A stretch of 64,000 nt of DNA from an uncultured Nitrososphaerota archaeon (GCA_963838925.1 CAWISW010000002.1:288001-352000), one strand, 5' to 3'. Counted from the first letter of the stretch, positions 1 through 8,460 are shown. Numbers and translations: made by a program. Notes: generated by a model not told the origin, from the sequence alone.

Positions 1-1
1 C

Positions 2-1531
2 GTCATCCGCCTCTATTTCGGCGGCATCTTCCTCCCTGAGGTGGCCGTCGGGGACCTTGTCACGAACACTCCAGGGTCTGTCGAGTCGGTCCTCGTGACG
101 AACCTCCAGTACATCGCGAAGTACTCCGCCCTCACGGGGGCCATAGCGGTGAACCTCCTGCTCTACGGCGCGCTGGCGTCCATCCTTTCGAGCGTAAGCG
201 GTCGGAAGGAGTACGGCGACCGGATCACCATCTACACGTTCGCCTCCTACGGAGTCATCTTCATCCTGACCGTTGTCACCCTCGCATTCACGCAGGTCCT
301 CAGCTCTCCCCAGCCGCTCCCCACCATCGTGCTGGAGGTCCTGCCTCCCGCGCTCGCCTACGGGCTGGTCCTCGTCGCCGGCGAAAAGTTTGCCCCCGTC
401 CAGACTGGCGTGATATGCGAGCCGTTGAAGCCCATGGCCACCCCTTCATCGGGAGGTTCGGCGAGAAAGAAGAACAAAGCCAAGTTCGACAGGAAGAGAC
501 GCATAGCGATACAGGCGGGCCTCGCTACCGCCGTCGCAGGGGTGCTGCTCTATTACGGCGTGGGCCTCCTCTTCCCCAAGCCCGGGATCAGCCGGGTCGA
601 CGCAGTGGCCGCCCTCTACTCCCAGGAAGTGACGACGAGCGACCAGTTCTACCGCGTCGATGTCAACGTCTTCCCCCCGAACGTCAGCTCAGGCACTTGG
701 AAGGTCCCGTTGAGCGGCTTGGTGGACAACCCGATCACGCTGGACTACAGCTCTCTCGTCTCGATGCCCTCCGTGGAGCAGTACAACACCCTGGAGTGCG
801 TCAGCAACGACATCGGAGGAGACCTCATCAGCACGGCGAAGTGGACCGGGGTGAAGCTCAAGGACATCCTCTCGCAGGCACAGGTGAAGGAGGGTGCTAC
901 ATACGTCGTCTTCAAGGCCGCCGACGGGTACGACGTCGGCATCCCGATGGAGAAGGCGATGGTCGACGGCACCATCCTCGCCTACCAGATGAACGACGCC
1001 CCCCTCCTAGCCGAGCACGGGTTCCCTGCCCGCATGATAGTCCCAGGGTACTACGGAATGATGAACTGCAAGTGGGTCACCAGCATCGAGGTCGTCGCGG
1101 AGACCTACCAGGGGTATTGGCAGGTCAGAGGGTGGGCCAACGAGGCGTCGTACCAGACCGGCTCTTCGATCGTCACCCCCGGCACCGCCCAGGTCGCCGA
1201 CCGCTTCGGCATCGGCGGAGCCCCCAGCGTCCCGCTCGGGCTGACCCCGATCGCGGGGATAGCGTTCGCCGGAGACAGGGGAATCGAGAAGGTGGAGGTG
1301 AGCACGGATGGTGGGCATACGTGGATGCCGGCAAGCGTCAAGGACCCGCTCTCCAACTACACCTGGGTGCTGTGGACGGCCGACTGGAACCCACCCTCAA
1401 CGGGCGCCTTCTCGCTGGCAGTCCGGGCCACCGACGGGACGGGGGCAGTCCAGACCGCGGTGATGGCCACCCCATTCCCCAGCGGCGCGACGGGCTACCA
1501 CATCGTGGACGTGGGCGTCACTTCAGGCTGA
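2..1531 (+). CDS. Membrane-bound sulfite oxidase-family (MoCo) oxidoreductase, 5'-truncated by window edge
   Basis: Frame open from position 2. N-terminal TM helices; FYRVD, Mo-ligand Cys in TLECVSN, WTGVKL, HGFPARMIVPGYYG, KWVTSI, GYWQVRGW; C-terminal dimerisation domain (VEVSTDGG..W). Confidence 0.9.
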   Translation, partial: VIRLYFGGIFLPEVAVGDLVTNTPGSVESVLVTNLQYIAKYSALTGAIAVNLLLYGALASILSSVSGRKEYGDRITIYTFASYGVIFILTVVTLAFTQVLSSPQPLPTIVLEVLPPALAYGLVLVAGEKFAPVQTGVICEPLKPMATPSSGGSARKKNKAKFDRKRRIAIQAGLATAVAGVLLYYGVGLLFPKPGISRVDAVAALYSQEVTTSDQFYRVDVNVFPPNVSSGTWKVPLSGLVDNPITLDYSSLVSMPSVEQYNTLECVSNDIGGDLISTAKWTGVKLKDILSQAQVKEGATYVVFKAADGYDVGIPMEKAMVDGTILAYQMNDAPLLAEHGFPARMIVPGYYGMMNCKWVTSIEVVAETYQGYWQVRGWANEASYQTGSSIVTPGTAQVADRFGIGGAPSVPLGLTPIAGIAFAGDRGIEKVEVSTDGGHTWMPASVKDPLSNYTWVLWTADWNPPSTGAFSLAVRATDGTGAVQTAVMATPFPSGATGYHIVDVGVTSG

Positions 1532-1535
1532 GCGT

Positions 1536-1817
1536 TCAGAGCGTTATCCTGAGGAGGACGGCGAGGCCGACGAACTCTAGGACCGACATCGTCGAAAGGT
1601 AGGGGAGGGCGTCGTGCCCGAAGAACGGCGCCATCGTCGCGTAGGAGAACGCAGTGAGGACGCTGTTGGCAAGGAGGAGGAGGGCGAAGAACATCAGGCC
1701 CACGGAGTGAGAGGCCCGAGTCCTGATGGCGATTCCGGCGAACACGTAGAGGAGTATGAGGAGCATCACGGAGTTGACCGCGGAGAAGACGATCGCCACG
1801 TCCATCATCGGGTCCAT
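1536..1817 (-). CDS. Small 3-TM membrane protein, divergent from wHTH regulator
   Basis: 93 aa with three hydrophobic segments; TATA-like element (cttaatac on the minus strand) about 1853-1860. Confidence 0.75.
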   Translation of the reverse strand: MDPMMDVAIVFSAVNSVMLLILLYVFAGIAIRTRASHSVGLMFFALLLLANSVLTAFSYATMAPFFGHDALPYLSTMSVLEFVGLAVLLRITL

Positions 1818-1916
1818 TCCTCTCTAATCCTTCGGACAATTCCACCGTGAGAGTATTAAGGATATTTCAAATTCGCGTGACTCATGGATAAATAGAGTCG
1901 CGAGATTTCGGCCCTC

Positions 1917-2231
1917 GTGCAGGACAACCAGGACCTGCGCCGTCTCTTGTGGTATCTCTTGGGCGCGACCAGGGGTGGCGAGATGAGGGCGCGGCTGATT
2001 CAGGCCCTCCGCGTTCAACCGGGCAACATGAACCAGCTAGCGAAGCGCCTCGGCGTCGAGTACAGGACGATACAGCATCACATCGAGGTCCTCAAGAAGA
2101 ACGCGCTGGTCGACTCCGCCGGGGAGCACTACGGCCTGACCTACTTCCTCACCCCTTGGATGGAGGGGCACATAGAGATCTTCGACGACCTTTGCAAGAA
2201 GCTGAAGTTCGAGCTAGACGGAGATTTGTAA
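1917..2231 (+). CDS. ArsR-like winged-helix transcriptional regulator
   Basis: LLWYLLGATRGG..R..I..L...P.NMNQLAKRLGVEYRTIQHHIEVL..N.LV pattern of archaeal ArsR/wHTH proteins; GTG start about 25 nt after ATAAATA. Confidence 0.85.
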   Translation: MQDNQDLRRLLWYLLGATRGGEMRARLIQALRVQPGNMNQLAKRLGVEYRTIQHHIEVLKKNALVDSAGEHYGLTYFLTPWMEGHIEIFDDLCKKLKFELDGDL

Positions 2232-2238
2232 CAAATCT
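2222..2238. promoter_or_regulatory. Perfect palindrome AGATTTGT-A-ACAAATCT, candidate operator
   Basis: 8-bp inverted repeat with 1-nt spacer, overlapping the regulator stop codon and about 20 nt upstream of the GATAAAT box of the next gene. Confidence 0.5.
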
Positions 2239-2291
2239 GCATGCAAGATTGAAAAACCGATAAATGGATTTTTGCCCGCCGACCAAAGGCG

Positions 2292-2855
2292 ATGCAATAT
2301 TCCAGTCCTGAACGCCGGGCAGTCACTACCGCAGTCTTCGGTGTCACCGTAGCAGTCCTACTGGTCGTCGCGGCCAGCGGCTTCATACTGTATGGCACGA
2401 GGTCAACCATGCAGGAGACATCGACCGTCACGACAACAGACACCATGACCCAATCCTCTACCTCGACCGGCTCGATGAGCGAGTCCGCCTCCCCTGACGC
2501 TATCGCGTTCGTCCCTGCCCACGGGCAGATGTTCGGCGAGGGCTGGCTGATCGTCGCATCGCTAGGAAACGGGGACTACGCACTGACGGTGCACGCGACG
2601 GGATTGGAATCCGCCTCAATGGGCGACTACATCGTGGAGGCCGCCCAGAACAGCGGTCAGATGTCGACGGTCCCAATAGCTGGCTCCAACGCCACGCTGA
2701 GCGAATTCACCGCTGACGGCTCAGGAAACGGGCAGTTCTTCACCGTCCTGATGCAGAATCCCACCTCGGTCTACGAGAGCGTCTCCATAGTCTACCTTCC
2801 AGCGATGGAGATGACCAACGCCACTGTCGTCGCGACCGCCTCGCTAGCAATGTAG
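2292..2855 (+). CDS. Secreted/membrane-anchored hypothetical protein, Thr/Ser/Met-rich
   Basis: RRA|VTTAVFG plus hydrophobic helix resembles a class III signal peptide; Thr/Ser linker then beta-rich domain. Confidence 0.7.
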   Translation: MQYSSPERRAVTTAVFGVTVAVLLVVAASGFILYGTRSTMQETSTVTTTDTMTQSSTSTGSMSESASPDAIAFVPAHGQMFGEGWLIVASLGNGDYALTVHATGLESASMGDYIVEAAQNSGQMSTVPIAGSNATLSEFTADGSGNGQFFTVLMQNPTSVYESVSIVYLPAMEMTNATVVATASLAM

Positions 2856-2903
2856 CGCTCTCGACAGTCGAGCTTTAAGGGCTCCAATCGCGATGCCGGG
2901 CCC

Positions 2904-4730
2904 ATGGAACCCGTCCTCGGGCCCGAGCAAGTGGCTTACAGCCTCAAGCGCTACCTCTCGATAAAGTCGGCCTACTCGCCCGAGTTCTCTCCAGACGACA
3001 AGAGGATAGCCTACCTCTCAGACGTGACAGGGGTCCCCCAGATTTGGATGACCGGGCTTTCGGGAGAAAGGGTCACCCAGCAGATGACCTTGGAGGACGA
3101 GAGGGTAGGATTCCTCAGCTACGCTTCCAAGAGCGAAAGGATAGCCTTCGGGGTCGACCGAGGCGGCAGCGAGCGGTTCCAGATCCACGTGCTCGAGCAG
3201 GAGGGAGACTCGGTCGTCAAGCTTACGGATGAGCCCAACGTCATACACAACTGGGGCGACTGGTCTCCTGATGAGAGCGCGATAACATTTTCATCGAACG
3301 CAAGGAGCCAAGAGTACTTCGACGTGTACGTCCAAGACCTGCACGACCGTTCCACCGAGCTTGTCTACAAGTACGACGGGAACGCCTACCCTGTCACCTG
3401 GAGCCCCGACGGCTCTAAGATCCTCTTCGAGGTTACCCACACGCCTTTCGACCACGACCTCTATCTTCTCGAGCTGGACGACAGGAAGGCCGAACTGCTC
3501 ACCCCGCACACCGGTGACGCCGCCTTCTACTCTCCCACGTTTGACGCGACCGGAGAGTTCGTCTACTGCGCGACCGACAAGGGGAGGGAGTTCTCGGCGC
3601 TCGGGAGGATAGACGTCTCGTCCCACCAGCTCGAGTTCATCTACGCAGAGGACTGGGACATCGAGGGCCTCACGGCGACCAAGGACAAGGAGACTCTCGC
3701 CTTCACGGTGAACGACGGCGGCGCCTCTCGGTTGATGGTCTGGGACCTCGGGAACGAGGCGCCCGCCGAGGTCCCCCTTCCGAAGGGACAGGTGGGCGGC
3801 CTCGACTGGTCGAACGACGGCCGGAGGCTCGCCTTCTCACTCTCTTCCTCCTCTTCGAACCCCGACGTATGGCTCTTCGACTTCGAGCTCCGGGGCTCGG
3901 CTAGGGGGAGCCTCTCAAGGCTGACGTACTCTTCGACTTGCGGCATCTCCGCGGCAAGCTTCGTGGAGCCAGAGCTCGTCAAGACCCGGTCTTTCGACGA
4001 GCTCGAGGTGCCCTCCTACCTCTACCTACCGATGGGGTCCGCCCCGTTCCCACTGATCGTCTTTCTCCACGGTGGACCTGAGTCTCAGTTCAGACCTGGG
4101 TTCGCGCCGCTGACGCAGTTCTTCCTGAAGCTAGGCTTCGCTGTCCTGGCGACGAACTTCCGCGGAAGCACGGGCTATGGCAGGCGCTACACCCATCTGG
4201 ACGACGTGAGGGGCAGGATGGACACCGTGAGAGACGCAGAATTCGCGCTCCGTCACGTCCTTGACAAGTACCCGATAGACAGGAGAAAGGTCGCTGCCTG
4301 GGGAGGGAGCTACGGGGGTTTCATGGTCCTCGCGTGCCTCTACTCGAACCCGGGCATGTGGGCGGCGGGCGTGGACATTGTGGGGATATCGAACTTCGTG
4401 ACCTTCCTCAAGAACACCGGCCCTTGGAGGAGGAGACTGAGGGTCGCGGAGTACGGCGACCCTGAGAAGGACAAGGAGTTCCTGGAGGGCATCTCCCCCA
4501 ACAACAACGCGCGCCTAATCACGTCGCCACTCTTCATAATCCACGGGACGAACGACCCGCGCGTGCCAATCGGCGAGGCGGAGCAGATCGCGGAGACCCT
4601 CAAGAAGCTCGGGCGGGAGGCCCACCTCATGAAGTTCGACGACGAGGGCCACGGCCTCTCGAAGCTGAAGAACAGGATAGCCGGTTACACGGCAGCTGTC
4701 GAGTTCCTGATGAGGCACGTCTCGGGCTGA
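2904..4730 (+). CDS. S9 family peptidase (prolyl oligopeptidase/acylaminoacyl peptidase)
   Basis: WSPDG-type beta-propeller repeats; HGGPE, NFRGSTGYG, nucleophile GGSYGG, catalytic Asp (NDPRVP) and His (DEGHG). Confidence 0.93.
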   Translation: MEPVLGPEQVAYSLKRYLSIKSAYSPEFSPDDKRIAYLSDVTGVPQIWMTGLSGERVTQQMTLEDERVGFLSYASKSERIAFGVDRGGSERFQIHVLEQEGDSVVKLTDEPNVIHNWGDWSPDESAITFSSNARSQEYFDVYVQDLHDRSTELVYKYDGNAYPVTWSPDGSKILFEVTHTPFDHDLYLLELDDRKAELLTPHTGDAAFYSPTFDATGEFVYCATDKGREFSALGRIDVSSHQLEFIYAEDWDIEGLTATKDKETLAFTVNDGGASRLMVWDLGNEAPAEVPLPKGQVGGLDWSNDGRRLAFSLSSSSSNPDVWLFDFELRGSARGSLSRLTYSSTCGISAASFVEPELVKTRSFDELEVPSYLYLPMGSAPFPLIVFLHGGPESQFRPGFAPLTQFFLKLGFAVLATNFRGSTGYGRRYTHLDDVRGRMDTVRDAEFALRHVLDKYPIDRRKVAAWGGSYGGFMVLACLYSNPGMWAAGVDIVGISNFVTFLKNTGPWRRRLRVAEYGDPEKDKEFLEGISPNNNARLITSPLFIIHGTNDPRVPIGEAEQIAETLKKLGREAHLMKFDDEGHGLSKLKNRIAGYTAAVEFLMRHVSG

Positions 4731-4733
4731 TGT

Positions 4734-5162
4734 CTAGCCCTTCAGCATCGCCGTGATTCTTTCCGCGAGCGCCTTCAGCTCTTCACGGTGCTCGTTCAGC
4801 TTCTCGGGGTTCGACCTGACCAAGTCCTCCATGTACGAGACGAATCCGCTGATCTCGTCGAACATCTCGTCGACCGAGCGCTCCCTCCTGCCAAAGGCGG
4901 GCCCGAACGAGCCTTCGAGCTCCTCGCTGGCCTTGTCGGTGAGCTCGTATCTTCCGTCATCCCTCTTCTTCACCATGCCGTCCTTGGTGAGCTGCTCCAG
5001 CACCGGGTAGACAGATCCGGGGGATGGTCTCCACCAACCTTGGGTCATCCTCTCGATCTCGTCCATCAGCTCGACCCCGTTCTTCGGTGACGACGCTAGC
5101 ATCGTCACTATCGCCATGCGAAGCCCCCGCTTCCTGTGCATCATCCAACGAAACGGCCACAC
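4734..5162 (-). CDS. PadR family transcriptional regulator
   Basis: GLR..I..ML...PKNGVELM..IE......W.PSPGSVYPVL..L...G.V......YELT motif; start set at GTG 5162, about 25 nt after a TATA box (5186-5194). Confidence 0.9.
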   Translation of the reverse strand: MWPFRWMMHRKRGLRMAIVTMLASSPKNGVELMDEIERMTQGWWRPSPGSVYPVLEQLTKDGMVKKRDDGRYELTDKASEELEGSFGPAFGRRERSVDEMFDEISGFVSYMEDLVRSNPEKLNEHREELKALAERITAMLKG

Positions 5163-5198
5163 GATGACTAAGGAAGCGGAGAGCCATATAATAAGGAA

Positions 5199-5226
5199 AT
5201 CGGTTTTCCGATATCGGTTTTCCGAT
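5199..5226. promoter_or_regulatory. Tandem palindromic operator (ATCGGTTTTCCGAT)x2
   Basis: Two exact 14-bp copies (5199-5212, 5213-5226), each ATCGG-N4-CCGAT, between the divergent padR and SHOCT promoters. Confidence 0.75.
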
Positions 5227-5270
5227 ATTTTCATAAACCCGCTGAACAAAGGCAGCGGTGGCGAAAAGTC

Positions 5271-5690
5271 ATGAACAACGACAGCCAAGACGACAGTTCG
5301 TCACCGATGCGCGGCTACGGTCAGGCGCCGCACAGGCGCGGCCTGATGGGCTGGATAATCGGCGGACTGGTCATTCTCCTCCTACTCGGCCTGTTCCTGG
5401 GCCCGCTTCTCTACGGCTTCCCCGCCAGACCATACGCGTACTACCCGTTCCCGTTCTTCTTCTTCCCGTTCGGGTTCCTGATCTTCTTCTTCGCGGTCTT
5501 CTTCGTCGTGCGCGGACTCTTCTGGGGTTGGGGCTGGGGGTGGCGTGGTGGCTACTCGCGCGGATACTGGCACAGCCAAAGGTACTACGGCGACGCCACA
5601 GAGATCCTCAGACAGAGGTACGCTAGGGGAGAGATAACGAAGGACCAGTTCGACCAGATGATGAAGGACTTAAGGGCGAACGGCTCCTAG
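5271..5690 (+). CDS. SHOCT domain membrane protein
   Basis: Two TM segments, Gly/Trp-rich linker, C-terminal DATEILRQRYARGEITKDQFDQM. Confidence 0.85.
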   Translation: MNNDSQDDSSSPMRGYGQAPHRRGLMGWIIGGLVILLLLGLFLGPLLYGFPARPYAYYPFPFFFFPFGFLIFFFAVFFVVRGLFWGWGWGWRGGYSRGYWHSQRYYGDATEILRQRYARGEITKDQFDQMMKDLRANGS

Positions 5691-6125
5691 GCCCTTGCGC
5701 CCTTTTTTCTGCTGTAGGGTTGGCCCAGACTGGTAATCACGCTGGGTTGCCACACTTAGGCCGTTCTCCTTGTTGAGCTCTTGCCAGAGTGCCAGTCGGA
5801 CCACCGCAAGCGGGATGAAGATGATCAACTGCTGCGTGCTGTATCTCCTGACGTAATGGCTGTCGGAAGTCATCCCCTCAGCAATCTCCTTCGAAGCGGT
5901 CCCTGTCCTTGCAATCGTTATCGCGTAGGCCAAGAGCGGGATGTAGTTGAGTCCTGTGAGCACGAGGTAGGCTCCCAAAGCCTGCTGGCCTGCGTGGGCT
6001 ACGAGGAGCCCAAGCACGATGATCCCAGGCGTCCCCACGCCAAACTCGATCATGATGAACCTCGGGCCGTGGAGGAATATGTCCAGGGCGACGAGCTTCC
6101 TGACGCTGATCAACCGCCCCTCCAT
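5670..6125 (-). CDS. Hypothetical membrane protein
   Basis: ATG 6125 (MEGRLISVRKLVALD) preceded by GGAG; about 3 TM segments; C-terminal tail runs into the convergent SHOCT gene. Confidence 0.6.
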   Translation of the reverse strand: MEGRLISVRKLVALDIFLHGPRFIMIEFGVGTPGIIVLGLLVAHAGQQALGAYLVLTGLNYIPLLAYAITIARTGTASKEIAEGMTSDSHYVRRYSTQQLIIFIPLAVVRLALWQELNKENGLSVATQRDYQSGPTLQQKKGRKGLGAVRP

Positions 6126-6178
6126 GGCTCTCCTTCGGCCTCCCCTGGATAATACGCTTGGGCTTGGAAGCGGGATTG

Positions 6179-6226
6179 GTGTGGGGGGTTGCATCATGGA
6201 CTCTAAGTTCAGATCCAACGGCCCTG
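6179..6226. repeat. Degenerate att-like repeat (copy of the 7635-7686 junction)
   Basis: 6184-6216 matches 7641-7673 at 25/33 positions ungapped (GGGGG.TGCA...TG.ACT..AAGTTCA.ATCC), by manual alignment. Confidence 0.6.
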
Positions 6227-6436
6227 AATGAGGCATTGAACCTCAGCGACGGCGAGGAGAAGTTCATCGTCAACGCGAAGATTGGTCAGGGGATGCGGGG
6301 GACTCGAGAGGGGGGGCGTTCCCATGTAGACTTCCTCGGCGACGAGGAGGGAATGCTCTTCACAACGAACCTCAAGGAAGTCACTGCGCGAAACTTCGAG
6401 CAGGTGTCAGAAATCTTACAGGGTCGCTCCTGTTAA
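6221..6436 (+). pseudogene. C-terminal remnant of a VirB4/TraE-like ATPase
   Basis: ALNLSDGEEKFIVNAKIGQG...EE..LFTT..KEV resembles the VirB4-family C-terminus; no Walker motifs, no credible start; begins at the att-like repeat. Confidence 0.55.
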
Positions 6437-6462
6437 TAACAGTGTTAACCGAAACGTTAACA
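6431..6462. promoter_or_regulatory. TGTTA/TAACA palindrome cluster upstream of FTR1
   Basis: TGTTA-A-TAACA (6431-6441) and TGTTAAC-N6-GTTAACA (6443-6462), directly upstream of the CTAAATA box (6472-6478). Confidence 0.55.
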
Positions 6463-6502
6463 TCGTGAATGCTAAATATCACTTATGTTATACCATCAGT
6501 AG

Positions 6503-7558
6503 ATGGCGACCAAGCCGGTACACTCTGGCCGCATGGGGCGATGGCAATGGGCCCGTACCGCGGCCATACTTGGCGCCGCAGTGGCGGTCGCGAGCGTGCT
6601 CATCTGGCAGGGCATCACGGCTGCGGGCAACCCGAACCCGAGTGCACCTCACACTACCTTCCCGGTCGCAGCGCTCGACATCGCCGTTCTTGTAGCTCGC
6701 GAGGGACTCGAGTCAATCCTTGTGCTCGCGGCGCTCATCGTCGGTCTCAATGGCAAGAACTATGGATACCAGCGCCCGATCCAAGCTGGCGCCGGACTGG
6801 GCTTCGGAGCTGGCGTCGTGACCTGGTTCGTCGCAATCTCGGTCGTGGGCGACCTGATGGTCAACTACGGCGCGCTCGCGGTCCAGGCGGCCATAGGCCT
6901 GTTCGCCGTCATCGTGCTCCTCATCGTCATGAACTGGTTCTTCCACGGCGTCTACTGGTCGGGTTGGATTAACATGCAGACCCGCGCGAAGCGGTCGCTC
7001 ATCGCGGAGGCCGGTCAACTGGGCAAGAACACCCGCCGCCTGCTTCTCGGCCTAGTTGTACTGGGCTTCGCCTCCGTGTACCGCGAGTCGGTGGAGGTCG
7101 TCCTCTTCCTCCAGAGCTACTATCTCGAGATGGGGCCTACCGTCGTCTACTACGGCGCGGCCGCCGGCTTGGTGCTGACGGTGGCCACGGGTTACTTGAC
7201 GTTCCTCGGGCACCGCCGCCTCCCCTACAAGCGGATGCTCGTGGCGACGGGTGTCCTCCTCACCGGCGTCCTCTTCGTCATGGTCGGAGAGGAGGTCAAC
7301 GAGATGCAACTCGCGGGCTGGATTGGGACCACGAACATCCCCGGGCTCCAGGGCATCCCGGCTTGGGCGGGGCTATGGTTCTCCGTCTTTCCCAATGTCC
7401 AGACCTTTGTGGGACAGGCGCTCGCGCTCCTACTCGTGGCGGGAACCTACTTCTTCGCCAGACACAAGATGTGGAAGCTGGTTCACCCTCAAACACCGCG
7501 CGCGAGGGTCACTCCTTCATCGCGCAAAGTAGAGGACGCAGATATGCCCTTGACGTAA
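6503..7558 (+). CDS. FTR1/EfeU family iron permease
   Basis: Two RExxE motifs (REGLE, RESVE), MNWFFH, Q.AGW; multiple TMs. Confidence 0.9.
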   Translation: MATKPVHSGRMGRWQWARTAAILGAAVAVASVLIWQGITAAGNPNPSAPHTTFPVAALDIAVLVAREGLESILVLAALIVGLNGKNYGYQRPIQAGAGLGFGAGVVTWFVAISVVGDLMVNYGALAVQAAIGLFAVIVLLIVMNWFFHGVYWSGWINMQTRAKRSLIAEAGQLGKNTRRLLLGLVVLGFASVYRESVEVVLFLQSYYLEMGPTVVYYGAAAGLVLTVATGYLTFLGHRRLPYKRMLVATGVLLTGVLFVMVGEEVNEMQLAGWIGTTNIPGLQGIPAWAGLWFSVFPNVQTFVGQALALLLVAGTYFFARHKMWKLVHPQTPRARVTPSSRKVEDADMPLT

Positions 7559-7604
7559 AGCTACCTGCACCCACGTGAAGTCATGCTTTCATGAATCGCG
7601 GGAC

Positions 7605-7686
7605 CTGCCGATTTCCGACGGTCTCATGCAAAAAGTGTGTGGGGGATGCAATTTGAACTTGAAGTTCAAATCCCGTCGTCCCCGCC
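7605..7686. repeat. Degenerate copy of tRNA-Leu 3' end plus flank, joined head-to-head to a second tRNA-3'-like fragment
   Basis: 7605-7658 matches 8582-8635 at 40/54 positions ungapped; perfect IR ATTTGAACTT-G-AAGTTCAAAT (7651-7671); 7664-7686 GTTCAAATCCCGTCGTCCCCGCC has T-loop, T-stem, acceptor strand and discriminator spacing. Confidence 0.75.
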
Positions 7687-7752
7687 TCTCAGAAGAGGTG
7701 GAGCCTGCTCGAAGGATTCCCCGACTTCACCAACTCTCGCTCCTCCCGAATG

Positions 7753-8460
7753 CTATGCGAAAGCCCCCACAACGATGCCGACCAGGTATCCGACCACGAC
7801 TGCGAGCATCCCGAGGACCAGGAACTCGGTTGCGCTCAGGTACCATCTTCCACCTGCGACTCTTGTCTTTAGCGCCCCCGCGGCGAAGAGTGTGATTGAA
7901 GCAAGCAGTATCGAGCCGTAGGCTGCAGAGTTCAGGCTCGTGAGCAAGAGATACGGAAGCAGCGTTATGGTCGCGCCTAGGAGGTGCGAAAGGCCGAGCG
8001 TCAACGATTCTCTTGCGGGGTTCGCGGTCTTTCCCGGGATGAACTCAAGGACGTGGGTGACGTGCGCCTTTAGCCATCGATCTTTATCAAGTGAGAGACG
8101 ATTCACGAAGGAGTCCGCCTCCTCCCCACTGAAGCCCTCATCGATGTAGTATTGACGCATCTCCAACTTCTCGACTTCTGGGTGCTCCGCGAACTCCCTC
8201 TTCTCCTCCTCAATCATGTACTGGTAGATCTGTTTCTGCGTCCTGGCGGAGAGGAACTCCAGTGTCACCAGAGCGGCGAGCCCCGTGAGCATCCCGATTA
8301 CCCCGGCGATGGCGACTGTCCTTGTGCTTCCCGTCGCAGATGCAACCCCTATCGAAAGGCCGAGGATCGATATCAGGCCGTGTCCAAGGCCGAATACCAG
8401 CTGCCGGACCAGGTCGGCAATTCTCTTCTCAGAAGCGTGCGAGTGGGCGTACTCGGGCAT
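7753..8460 (-). CDS. VIT1/CCC1 family metal transporter
   Basis: VRQLVFG..G, Glu-rich cytoplasmic domain (EEEKREFAEHPEVEKLEM), H...LE, NP...L, LLPY; 5 TMs. Confidence 0.88.
   Translation of the reverse strand: MPEYAHSHASEKRIADLVRQLVFGLGHGLISILGLSIGVASATGSTRTVAIAGVIGMLTGLAALVTLEFLSARTQKQIYQYMIEEEKREFAEHPEVEKLEMRQYYIDEGFSGEEADSFVNRLSLDKDRWLKAHVTHVLEFIPGKTANPARESLTLGLSHLLGATITLLPYLLLTSLNSAAYGSILLASITLFAAGALKTRVAGGRWYLSATEFLVLGMLAVVVGYLVGIVVGAFA

Noticed and set aside
6435-6452. Iron-responsive element (CAGTGT loop) upstream of FTR1, tempting because AcnA is in the window
   Set aside because: Flanks do not form the 5-bp stem with bulged C, and the site is upstream of the TATA box so probably not transcribed.
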